From NCBI GenBank assembly GCA_020137815.1, contig CM035351.1:8432001-8496000 (forward strand): 64,000 bases of DNA, written 5' to 3'. The position numbers were made by a program, and so were the translations under genes. This document shows positions 40,392-61,521 of the stretch, one piece after another (positions within the stretch are counted from its first letter, which is position 1; each line of letters begins with the position of its first letter). The stretch comes from Hormiphora californensis. Its lineage: Eukaryota > Animalia > Ctenophora. Below the pieces are notes generated by a model, which had not been told where the DNA came from, ran no database searches, and was given only the letters and a program-made list of their open reading frames with translations.

Positions 40392-40569
40392 GGCAATTTT
40401 TAATTTTTAAAGGTCGCGCTACGATTTGTTCCCTTACCGCTTCCATATCACACTCTAATAATCTCTATGACTATCAGTTGGGTCGAATGTATGTTACTGT
40501 ATAATAACCACGGTCCTTAAGCATTTAACTGACCAGGAATAGAGCTGATTTGCTCCCTGAGATCAAAAA

Positions 40570-49359
<8,790 letters not shown>

Positions 49360-49522
49360 GAGTGGATTACAATTTGGAGAACTGCAAAAAGCACTTTTGT
49401 ATCAAGACGTACGGGATCCAGGATGATTTTTATTGAACTGAAAATACTTGATTTGGAGAATCATTGTTATAACAGGCACTGCAAGTGCAAATAAAGAGAC
49501 GGTATGGGGACTTGTTATTACT

Positions 49523-49601
49523 CTGTCTGGCACCGCCATACCCCGTTTTGATTCTCAAAGTCAAAACAGTGTGCTCAGATCGGGTCGGCACCGCCAGACA
49601 G
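49523..49601. mobile_element. 79-bp mini-MITE with 8-bp TSD, just 3' of KIF24
   Basis: TIR CTGTCTGGC / GCCAGACAG; TSD TTATTACT at 49515-49522 and 49602-49609. Confidence 0.8.
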
Positions 49602-50296
49602 TTATTACTTAGGATGGAATTCTTGTAATTATGATAGTGGGAAAATGATTTATTGTATTATTTTGTTGTTGCATTGTAGAGTGATATGATATCGCAATGT
49701 ATAAATTAACATACATGGGTTCTTTAGAAACATGTTTAGATTTTCAGAACGTTGATTCTTCAGGTGTGGGTGTTTTTAGCGTCGAGACTCGAGAGTCTCC
49801 CAACAGTCTCTATGACACTGTCGCCATGGCACTGACAGCCTGATCTCGCTGTCAGTTTCATGGACGGTCTTTCCCCATTCTGAAAACAAGATTGGTTTGG
49901 TGCCACCAGACAGATTTAGCACGCGAATACTTGTGATAGATGAATCTAGAGATTGCTTGTTAGCCTATCATGGTCAACGGATTTACGTACGAGAGTTTTT
50001 AACTGTCGGCGTTTGTAATTGTAAAAATACTAATTGTAGATGTGTGTAAGAATTTGTACAATTACGTCCTTCAATAAAAATACCGAGTTTTCCTTGTTCA
50101 AATTCACATAAGAGAGGGCCAGCGTCCACTGTCAGTCAGCCAATGCTCTGACCGCAGTGCTCTGACAGACTTAGACTCTGTCACTCTGACTGTGTAGAAC
50201 GTCCAGCATTCTGTATGTTAGTGGTACCACGACCAGCACTTTCCCTATCTTACAGTTACGCTGACAAATCTGTCAGTGTCTTGCTGCACCGACCCG

Positions 50297-51456
50297 GGGC
50301 TCTTCGACGAAACTTTAAGCACGCTTAAAAACGTTGCGTAACTCTCCTTTCACACCTTCTAATTGATTTTCACACCCCTTAAGCATGGTTTGTGTCGACG
50401 AAACTTTTTAGAAATCTTGCTTAGTGAAAATTGAGGGGTAGTAAGTGAAGTTTTACACAAGCTCTCCAAACCTTGTGTAACCCCCTAATCACGTGGTAAA
50501 ATCACGTGATTTGGGCCAAATTGAAGCGACAATGACGTCATAGTTCACGCAATATCTCACTCAAATATCGAGAAAAGTGAGGTTTGTTAAGTCTCCTCCA
50601 GAGGAGACTTAATGGTAGACAAGACAGCGCTGGCAAGTAAAAGATGCTACAAAACCTGTATGAGCGGCGCCAGACAGTACAAAACAGTGTATATTTTGCT
50701 TCTCGTATGTAGAAAAAAGATAAAATGGCACTCCTTGTCCCCCAGTTAGCTATCTCTACTCAACCACAATATTGATCAGGCACTAGTTTGGGGTTTCAGC
50801 CGACAGCCAAGCCCATACTGCATACAACATCTGTTATATTAGACTCTCACAGTCAGATAAGATGAGGATGAATTCGGTTGTTTTCCTTCTGGCAGGACAA
50901 GATGAACAGTGAACTACTACTATACTTTCACTATTTATCTCTTCATCTAGCAGCCTATCTATTCATCTCACCCGGCCTAAATAATATTGCAAGTTATTAG
51001 TGTATAGGTTTATTGATTTTCATAATGAACAATCAATGTTAGATCTCTATTTGTCCGCTATAACATTCATTGCCAGCTACTGTAAGAGTACACAGAGTTT
51101 TGAAGATTTGAAATTTCTTGAATCTTGAGAAATGGAAGTCAAACTTCTTCTATATCTCGCTAACACTATTGGCTGGTGAACCCTACACGTGACCAAATTG
51201 ACGCCTGTGTAAACCCATGTAATGGAAATCCTATCACGTGTCCAGTTTCGATCCCCTGATTGGTTTTCTACACCCATACACGAGGGGTGATCCGGGGCTT
51301 CACGTGGTATACACGCGGTTCACACCAAGGACCTAAAGTGAGGTTTTGGAAAGCGTTCGACGACACCCCTCTCAAGACAAGTCTGAAAAATTTTCCTTGT
51401 GTAACTCTAAAGAGAGCTTATTTATTAAGTGTGCTTAAAGTTTCGTCGAAGAGCCC
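50297..51456. mobile_element. PIF/Harbinger-like non-autonomous element, ~30-bp TIRs, 3-bp TSD
   Basis: GGGCTCTTCGACGAAACTTTAAGCAC ... GTGCTTAAAGTTTCGTCGAAGAGCCC, flanked by CCG/CCG. Confidence 0.8.
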
Positions 51457-52171
51457 CCGATCTGAGCGCACTGTCTTATCTGGCCAGACTCAGATAGGAT
51501 CAGATCGACTTGGAAGGTCACACTGGGGCCGGAATCCTCCAACAAGGGAATCATGGGTAGTGCTAATTGCTGCACTTATCTCGTCAACCCGGCCCCTTTG
51601 TCAATGTAATGCTGTCAGGCCAATGCTCTGACCACAGTTCTCGCTCGCTCCGAGAATGGGTCAGGCCTTGGTGACATTGACACCTAGTGCGTGCGAGATC
51701 GAGCTCAATCTTGGTCGCGCACGGGGTCTATGTCACCAAGGTCAGGCCAATGCTCTGACAGATGTAATGTAGCCGGGAGTTTCCCGGGCAACTGGGCAAT
51801 GCTGGGGTTGTGGCAACCTTGACTTGTTTTGTCTCCTCCGTGTATTGTCAGAGCATTGGCCTTATAGTCAGTGTATGGACAATTACGAGCATGGCCTTAA
51901 TTCGAATTTCCCTGTCTGGCATGGCGCCGCCAGAACCTGTTTTGCGTTCAGATCAGTGATCACTGATCAGCGCCAGACAGACTTTTCCAAAGCTGGCCAA
52001 TGGCCACGATTCACCAATAACCAGTTTACCAAATGAAAATACGTTGATTTTTTTTCGTGTAACAAACAAAATTTAAATACCACTGACACAATATTTACAG
52101 ATTGTCACTCGTCGTCCCACAAGCAAACGTAATCATAATGATGTATTTCCAATTCTAGTTCTCCATTTTAA

Positions 52172-53474
52172 GGGTACACCTGGCGTTTTTCATCATCGAG
52201 TGCCCAACCAAATGACTTCACCAGGGTTTAGGCCATACAAAATGGACCTCAAATATGCAATTTTAGCCCTAAATTCGAATTCATATTTTTGCTACAGCCT
52301 ATTTTCAAAGTGGCGTTTTTTCAACTTTTGTTGGAATTTTTAACCTCAGGACCACTTTTTTTGAGATAGAAACATTAAATTCTTGGAATTTGAAGAGAAT
52401 ATAAAGGTGAATAAGCCCAAAGAAGGATTTTTGAAATGGAGCTTATTTCTGGCCATGAGAACGGTTTACTTTTTTGCTTCTTTGACACGCTGGCTGAGAA
52501 TGTTCCCATGCTTCATTAGAGATGAAAATCTGGAAATAGTTGCTCAAAACGATTATCTATGTGGCCCAAAAATTTTGGAACTTTCCCGCCAAAGATGTGG
52601 TGTACAGAGCTTGTTTTGTGAAACCCGTCTTTTTGAAAAAGATGGAAATTCCCTGTATCTCAAAAACGGATGATCGTAGAGACCTGCGACCAAGCTTAAT
52701 CGATTCAGAAGGTCCGATTTTGGGGGGGTCTTATGAGAGACATTTTGCTCCTACTCCAACCGTTTTTGCTGTAATTGCGAAAAAGGTATCAGCAAGTAAG
52801 GGGGAAATCAGCCCGAAGCAGGCTACTGGAATAGAGTTGTTCCCCCTTTTCATAGAATTGGTTTTTCGCAATTACAGCAAAAACGGTTGGAGTAGGAGCA
52901 AAATGTCTATCATAAGACCCCCCCAAAATCGGACCTTCTGAATCGATTAAGCTTGGTCGCAGGTCTCTACGATCATCCGTTTTTGAGATACAGGGAATTT
53001 CCATCTTTTTCAAAAAGACGGGTTTCACAAAACAAGCTCTGTACACCACATCTTTGGCGGGAAAGTTCCAAAATTTTTGGGCCACATAGATAATCGTTTT
53101 GAGCAACTATTTCCAGATTTTCATCTCTAATGAAGCATGGGAACATTCTCAGCCAGCGTGTCAAAGAAGCAAAAAAGTAAACCGTTCTCATGGCCAGAAA
53201 TAAGCTCCATTTCAAAAATCCTTCTTTGGGCTTATTCACCTTTATATTCTCTTCAAATTCCAAGAATTTAATGTTTCTATCTCAAAAAAAGTGGTCCTGA
53301 GGTTAAAAATTCCAACAAAAGTTGAAAAAACGCCACTTTGAAAATAGGCTGTAGCAAAAATATGAATTCGAATTTAGGGCTAAAATTGCATATTTGAGGT
53401 CCATTTTGTATGGCCTAAACCCTGGTGAAGTCATTTGGTTGGGCACTCGATGATGAAAAACGCCAGGTGTACCC
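52172..53474. mobile_element. 1.3-kb foldback non-autonomous DNA transposon, TTAA TSD (Kolobok-like)
   Basis: 613-bp arms (52172-52784 and 52862-53474) nearly identical (one mismatch noticed), 77-bp spacer, TTAA|GGGTACACC...GGTGTACCC|TTAA. Confidence 0.9.
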
Positions 53475-53995
53475 TTAATAGGTTGTAATAATGAATATAA
53501 TAATAATAATGATAATAGCTCTCTTTCAGAATCAACAATGAATAATTATGCCTCTTCCAGTTTTTCAAAACAGTGATTTAATAATGATAATATAATGCTA
53601 GGTAAGTATAGAGAAAGGTATAGTGGTTGAGTGGTCTGAAGTTCACGACTCCCTTGGGGAGCAATTGTGTACTTTTCACTCTAACCTATAAATCAATAAA
53701 TCATATTTTATCCTCTCTTTTTCATGTGATAATGATAAACATCTCTCAAAATTAATCTGGATTATTCTCACATACTCTACTCTCTTTTTCTCTCTCTCTC
53801 ACACACACACACACAAACAAATCAGCGGCACACAAAATACAGAAGTTCATGTCACTTTGGGGGGCTAAAAAAGAACAAACTTCACATCATACTCAGCAAT
53901 ATACTGCTGCAGTATATTGCAGCAGGTACTGGGTGATGTGCTCGGAAAAATAAAAAACTTTCTCATCTAGAAATATCTAAGCTGCATTCTACCGA

Positions 53996-55229
53996 TCAGA
54001 TAGCACTAGATACTTGCACTTGCAGTTTCGTGCTATAATCGTGAAGAACAGTCCCGGGTGCTGGTGCTGCTGCTGATGTTGAGGGCGCTGGGGCCGTGAA
54101 GAACGCTGGTGGTGTGATGGGTTGTGGCGAGGAGTGTGCCACTGTGTGAAGTGTCGTGGGAGAGGGCGTGAAGTGACCAGTGATGTCAGGTCGGCACTGC
54201 AAGGGTGGTGGTGGTGCCGGTGGCGGACCACTCTGACGACCAAATGTCATGATCTCTGCATAGTCTCTATTGCTGGGGGTGGTACTGCTGGTAGCGGGGT
54301 ACCAGTCTGTGAAGTTGGGAGAATACGCAGGGGGAGCTTCATCCTCACTCATCAAGTTTGTCATGGCGGTATCGGGGCTATACCCGGATAGGCCCGTGTG
54401 GTGTCTGTGGAAGGATTGCCAAGCTACCCAGTTCTGGTTGGGGCACAGGTAGCCGTCCTCTCCTGATGTCGGGTATCCAGGGAATTGGGTGAATGTCCCA
54501 GGTGGGCTTGCTCCATCAATGTAGTTCTGAGGGGGAAGGAAAGTTATTTATTGTGTGGCTAGAAAGATACACTGTTATGTGTGCTAGTAGCAAAGAGTTC
54601 TTGTTAGATGATATTTGTAAAATATTTTGTAGCACATTGCTACAAACGCTTTTACAAATGTCACTCAACAACAACTTGTATCTTGGGCTAGCTTGTATGG
54701 ATGCCGTGCTAATTGTGAACCTACCATCTTCTGTCTCTTTCGCCGGTAGAAGACACGAGCGGTGAGGCCGATAATGATACAAAAGACAGCTGCCAGACAG
54801 ATCCCAACGATCATAATGATGAGAGAGACAGGTGAAGAAAGAGGTGTCTGACCTCCCGCTGAAGCACTGTATCCGTCATCTTTTTCTGGAGAGGGAGAGA
54901 GGATAGTTTTAGAATCTAGATAGGTTTTTGACTTTGAGATATATCTTCAATTGAGCATGTCAGAGCGCACATTAATTTAGCTCCTCTTCCTTTGTGACTT
55001 ACCATCAACTGTCACGGTGGCAGTTTTGCTGCTGATTGTCCCGGACAGATCATTCTTCACAAAGCAAGTGTAACCACCCTCATCTCCCTTCATAACTCGG
55101 AATATCTTGAGGTCACCATTGGACAGGACCTGGCTACCGTCAGGAAGCTTCCCATTTGATCTCTCCCACCTGTCAGAAATAATGTGTCACGTGATGATCA
55201 GTGACATATCCACCCCCGGTCGTGAACCA

Positions 55230-55321
<92 letters not shown>

Positions 55322-58300
55322 AGAGGGGGAGAGTGAAAGAGAGAAATAGACACCCGTACTTACCATATTTCCGGTTTGGGTAGTCCCTGAGCGCGGCACG
55401 TTAGAACAAGATCCTGGTGGCCGAATGAAACAGACACGTTCGTTGGCTCGATCAGGAACCGGGCGGGCACTGCAAGTGAAAAAGAGATAGTTAGAGAGAG
55501 AAAGAGAAAGAGAGAGGGGGAACAAGAGAGAGAAAGGAGGAAGGGGAGTGTGTGGGATAGAACAAAAACACATGTGCGAATTTGTCATCTTCAACCGCAA
55601 TTCTCTAGTACCCTGCCCAACTTCAACTACTTCCCAATTAAATTAAACACACTGTATCAATTCCTTACCTTGCACTGTTAGGTGAGCCCTCTTGATCACA
55701 ATTCCACTGGTATTATTCACAGAACACTCGTAAAACCCGGTATCTTCCAGCTTCACATCAGGAATGTACACGTTACCAGAATCAATAAACCCAGTTTTCT
55801 GGGGCAGAGGTCCACCGTCCTTTGTCCATGTGATGGCACCCTCGTGAGATCGGCACTCAAATTGGGCTGTGTTTCCTTCCTTTTTTGTCTTATTCTTGGG
55901 GACTGTGATGAATCTAGAGAGAGGGTGGAGGTTGTTAGTCAAGACTGACTTATGAGTAGTCGAGTGGTGGTGGGAAGTGTTAAATATGGTTTCTGATGAT
56001 GTAAAACTGAGAAATATTACACAACTACTATTAAAACCAGGGACTCACGTTGGCAGTGCTTTACAGATGTCAGTAGGCTCCACCCAATTACCCCTGACAC
56101 ACTCGTTCTTGACAGAGCAACTCCACTGGCCAAGTGTTACATCATGGCACCATCCACAATATGGGAAATGCGCTGACAGACACTCCCTGAAACAACACAA
56201 ATGGGTTAGAAGGGGGTAATGGGGGTAGAGAGGGTCTGACAGGGTTCACATGATGGGGTGGGGCGACAGATATAGGAACGATGAATAGATAAAAAGGGGA
56301 TGTTACACTGGGTGTAACTGTTAAACACTGATTCATTGTGATTGGTGGAATCGAGTGTGAAATGTGAAAATGGCGCGTGTTACGAGTCCTAGAGAGGTGC
56401 GCGCGGAGGGCGCACTGTCACGGTCGATACTGACATTTACAGAAGGGAGTCCCCGCGCCCTACAGCACTCACCCTCACATATAGCTCCTTCGCATATCCA
56501 AACTTTCCATCTCAATCCTACCCTCATATATCGAGAGCGAGATAGAGAGAGGGGAGAAGGAGAGGGAAAGGAGACAGAGGGGGCGACAGTGAACTACGCG
56601 AATGATCGTGTTAGGAACTATTTTTCAAACAGTATTCCCTAATATCCGCCCGCTTTTCTCCCTCTTTCAGTTTCCCTCATTCTCTCTTCTTTTCTATACA
56701 GAAGCGAGAAAGAAAACACAAGTTCCCTCTTTTTCTCTCTCTTTCCAAAATTAGAGCAGGCAATTTGGGCGGTAAACCCCTAAATTATTTGGAACAGATG
56801 TGTAATTTACGAGAGAAAATACAACATGACAGGGGTATGTGGTGGTGGTGTTTGATGGGTGTATGTTCCCTCTCTAACTATCCCTCTATCTCTTTCTGTC
56901 TCTCTCCCTCTATCTCTCTCCATCTCTCTCGATATGATTAACGATTTACTTACCCACAGTTATTAGCACTGCATTCAGGTCGAATTGGAATACGGGTAAC
57001 CCACTGGTCTCCAAGGGCATAGATATTGCCATCACCATAAGACACGCTCTTTACACTGCCTGAACCCTGGTGGAGAGAGGCATGAGCTCGGGGACAAGAT
57101 TTACTTAGATATACCACTCTATCTCTTTTGCTCTCTCTCCATCTCTCTCTATCTCATCCATAGATCTCTTACTCATCACTTACCACGCTATAAAATGTAC
57201 TATGGACTTTGCTTTCAAGCTCCCTGACGAACGCAATCCTGTATACTCGACCGTTGTCTGAAAGAGAGGAGATGATAGGAGATATATGGCATTTTAATGT
57301 TAGACGGGGTATATTTAATAGATAGAGAGGAGGGGGTAAGAGGTAGTAGGGATATAATCATGTCTAGTAACGCTGATATGATCATTCGTTTTTCAGTGAA
57401 ATATATCTCTCTCCCTCTTCCTTTTTTCATCTCTCTCTCCCTCTCTTTTCTTCCAATCTCTCCAGGGTTAAATCAGGTAAGGGTCAGGCATGTAGGGGAA
57501 GTTTTGAAAGTGGTGGGGCCAAATTTTTTTGGTCACGTGATATGACATACACTGACTTTTCTATTGAAAATTCGATTAGATCGGGCGAAGCGACAGCGGA
57601 GCCCGAGAAAATTTTTCGGTTTTTAGGCCAAAAAGTCATAGTTTTTGTCTAATCATGAAAAGAACTGGGGCCATTTCCTGAAAAGTACTGGGGCCATGGC
57701 GTACCCTGCCCCCCCTTCCCCTACATGCGTGGTAAGGGTGTAGCGAAGCGGAGACACCATGATATATCAAATAGCTCGCTCGAGGTGTAGTGAAAACATG
57801 TCTTAATTGAATTTTTCCTCTCCCCCAAGCTCATATCATCATCATCAGATCTCCACTTCCCCGCGACACAAAGAACCCTGTCTACTGCAATTAAATATCA
57901 TTCCGTCCCTAGCACGGCGCAGCCCCCAAAAACACCTCCCTCGGACTAATGACCAGCTGGGGTGGTGGTAACACATGTCTTTGTAACATGTCTTTGTGAT
58001 TCACTATTATACAACAAGAGCTCGGGGCCCCCCTAAACCCCCAAAAAAAGGAGAATAGTGGGGGAAAAACAGGGGGTAAAAAGGAAAGAGCGGGCCACTT
58101 TTAAAAACATAAATGGATCCCTATTGAAGAGGGGGAGAGGAGAGGGAGGGGGAGAGAGCGATGAAAGGGGTCGCTGATGGTATAGTTGCGATTTTTTGTC
58201 GAATCTGCTCGCCAAAAATTGTCGTGGTGTATAATTGTGTGGGTATGATGGCATTGTTTTTCAATCATCCCCCCATAAGGGCTTGAACCATATGGGGGGG

Positions 58301-59945
58301 TTTAAAAAAAAGCGCTGGGTGAAGGGGAAAAAAAGGGGGAAAAAAAAGGAAAAGAAGGGGAGAGAGAAGGGGGAGAGGAGAGAGAAGAGAAAGAGGAAAA
58401 ATTTTAACAGGAAAAAGATTGGGGGAAATTTTGGGGGAAACTTTAAACCCCCGGTTTTTCCCCCCGGGGCCTTTTTTTCCCCCCCTCTTTAAACTCCCTT
58501 TCCCCTTCTCCTTCCCAAAAAAACCCCCCCCCTTTTTCTCCTCTTTCCCCCCTTTTTTTCTTTCTCCCCCCCTCTTTTTTTCCCCCCTTTTTCCCTTTCC
58601 TTTCTTTTTCCTTTTTTTTCCCCTTTCCCCCCCCTCGGGGTTTTGGGACCCCTTTTTTTTTCCCCCCTTTTTTTGGGGTTTTCCCCTTTTTTTTTTTAAA
58701 TTTTATTTTGGGGGGAAAAAACTTTAAAAAAAGGGGGGGGGCCCCCCCCCCGACAACGATCATTTTGGGGAACCCTTTTTAAAAATTTAAGGGGGGAAAA
58801 AACTAAAATAAAACAAAAAATTTCCCCCCCAGAAAAGGCCCCCGGATTTGGAAAAGGGGAGAAAGGGCCCCCGGGGGAAAAAGGGGAAAAATTGGGGGGG
58901 GAAATTTAAAAGGGGGGGTTTTGCCCCCAAAGGGTTTTTTAAAAATTTTTTTCCCCCCGGGGTTTTTTGGGGGGGGGTTTTTTTTGGGCCCCCCCTTTGG
59001 GGGGGTGGCCCTTTTTTTTCCCTTTTTTTTTTACCCCCTCCTAGAACGGGGTTGGTTACCCCCCAAACCCCAAAAAATTTTTTTTTAAAAAAAAAAGGGC
59101 TATAAAATTTTAAAAAGGAAAAAAATTTTGGGGGGGAAAAAAAAGGGGGGGGAAAAGAAAAAAAGAAAAAACCCCCCCCGAAAAAAACCCCAAAAAAGGG
59201 GGTAAAAGGGGGGGGAAAAAAAAGGGAAACTTTAAAAAACCCCGGGGGGGAAAAAAAAAAACCCAGTTTTCAACCCCCCGGTTTTTTTTGGGACCCGGGG
59301 GAAAAATTTTTTTTCCCCCCCCCCCCCAAAAAAGGGGGTTTAAAATTTAAACCCCCCCCCTTTGGGGAAGCCCCCCCTTTTTTTGGGTCAGCGGTCCCCA
59401 GAAATGGGCCAGCACCGCATTGGTAATACGTTGGTAGAGGGCCAACTTGAAAGAGTGGGGCTCACTTGAAAGAGCGGGAGGGTAATATTGAACAAGTACT
59501 CAGACGGGTTCTTGAGAGGGATAGAGAAGGGTTAAGAAAGACAGAGAAAGGTAAAAAAAGATAGAGAGAGAAAGGTTAAGAAAGATTGATAAAGAGAGAG
59601 AGACTTGAGTGATCGACAGATAGAGTGAAGCCCATCCAAAGTGTGTTTATTATTTACCTATTGGTGGGTGAGTTTACTCACCGCACGCATTCGCCCGTCA
59701 AGAAAGATCAAAGGTGCGGTCTGGCTGCTATGCACCCATCACTATACTAAGCTATATTTGTTGTTGACATTACAATACAGCTTATTTACCCCTGGGCAAT
59801 ACTGTACTATTTATTGTAGTGTGTAAAAACACCTCACTAGAGAAGCTGCTGCTGCTGAGAGAGTGATGTTACACCGTGTATTTCCGAATATCACACAGCA
59901 CTAACCCCCCTTAGAAGAGCTGAGTAAGATAGGTGCAGGGAGAGG

Positions 59946-59993
<48 letters not shown>

Positions 59994-60947
59994 AGAGAGA
60001 GAGAGAGGGAGTGAGAGGGAGATACTAGAAAAAGGAAACAGGGTCCCGCAATGTACAAAATCCCCCAAACACCAAAGATGTATGTCATTCCCCCTGGTTC
60101 TTTCCCGTTTTGTACAAACTACAAGCTCACAATCACTCATTCTTACAACACTCCGAGAGAGGTGCCTCAACCCCCGACTCGAAATTACTCCCTCCAGCTT
60201 CCTCCAGCCCCGGCCTCCTCACGGCTGTACCACCGGGAAAGGCACACACACAGATGTTGTTGGTGTGTACAGGGTGCTTCAGGAAAAGGGTATTTCCAAT
60301 AGCTAATCAATTGAAATTCAACTAAATTCAATTTAATTCAGTCAAGTGTGTCGGGGGCCCCTACATCCTTTACAAGTGTAGTTGTGGGGGGTGACTATGG
60401 CTTCACTCTCCCTAGCCAAGCAGTCACCAAACACCCCTCTCACGTGCCCCCCTCTATATGCAGTGTGGAGGTGGATCATTGTTTAGGTGTGAATGTGGGT
60501 TATGATAAAGGAATGCCGAGGGGTAATGATACCCCTGAGTGATTGAAACTCACCAGAACCGGCGTAGAGAATCATAATACCCTCCTCGTTGTAGACGAAG
60601 CTGTCCGCAGTTACAGAGGTCAATCTGAAAGAAGAAGGAGGAGGGTTTAGTAATGGTACAAAGACCTAATCCTCCCCCCTTTGTCTATTGTTCATCACTG
60701 TCTAAACGTCTCTTCCTATGGTCCCCTCTGTTTACAACTCGTTAGTGTCTAAAAACAGCCGTCAAGAGAGAGAGAGAGAGATCCATGCATGCTAGAGGTG
60801 CAGTTATGTTATAGGTACCATCCCTCCACCTACTTTGCATCAGGACCAGACAACAAGACTGGTGTGTTTAGAGTGATTTGCATTAGTTTTGCCCCAGCCG
60901 GTATGCATAAAACATGATTTGTCATCTACCCGTGTGGGTAGTGAGAA

Positions 60948-61009
<62 letters not shown>

Positions 61010-61471
61010 AGAGAAGAGAGAGCAAAGGGTGGAAGCTTGTTGGGGAGTGTTTTGCTTGAAGGGGGGTCTTGGTGCGCTTGTTTATAACAAGCAACCAAGA
61101 ACATCCCCCCAGAAGGTCCAAAAAGGGTGAATAGAATCGTGACCCCCAATTAACTCTCCCTTTTTTCAGTCTCGCCCCTCTGGAGTGATACAACAAGGGT
61201 TTTGTACCTCCCTGGTAACATGCAGAGAGTTGTGGGAACCCCGGGATCTTGTGAGGGAATCAAGAGAGATCAAAGAGTCTGGGAGAGAGTGTGAGAGAGT
61301 GTCTGAAAGAAATAGGAAAAGAGTGGATACATTTGAATTTGAGTGTGTGACTATGGGTTCTAAAATCATTTAAAATCCAAAGATCCGTCAGGGTCCATTT
61401 TGTAATGATGGGTAATGGACTCGTGCATCACAACACTTTGTTGCGAGGGTACCACATGGTACCAGAAACAC

Positions 61472-61521
<50 letters not shown>

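Noticed and set aside
52383-53263. Mirror-image ORF pairs (96 aa and 105/133 aa)
   Set aside because: Arise from the inverted arms; no transposase motifs.
53618-53660. tRNA-like A/B box fragment
   Set aside because: No cloverleaf can be formed; too short to call.
58025-59390. Lys/Gly/Phe/Pro-rich ORFs or G-quadruplex region
   Set aside because: Pattern of low-quality homopolymer-inflated reads; milder signs at ~45620-46110.
59682-59725. Possible extra semaphorin exon (..TFDLLTGECVR|gtgag)
   Set aside because: Flanking exons already join as YAGS/DNGRVY without it; no supporting homology.
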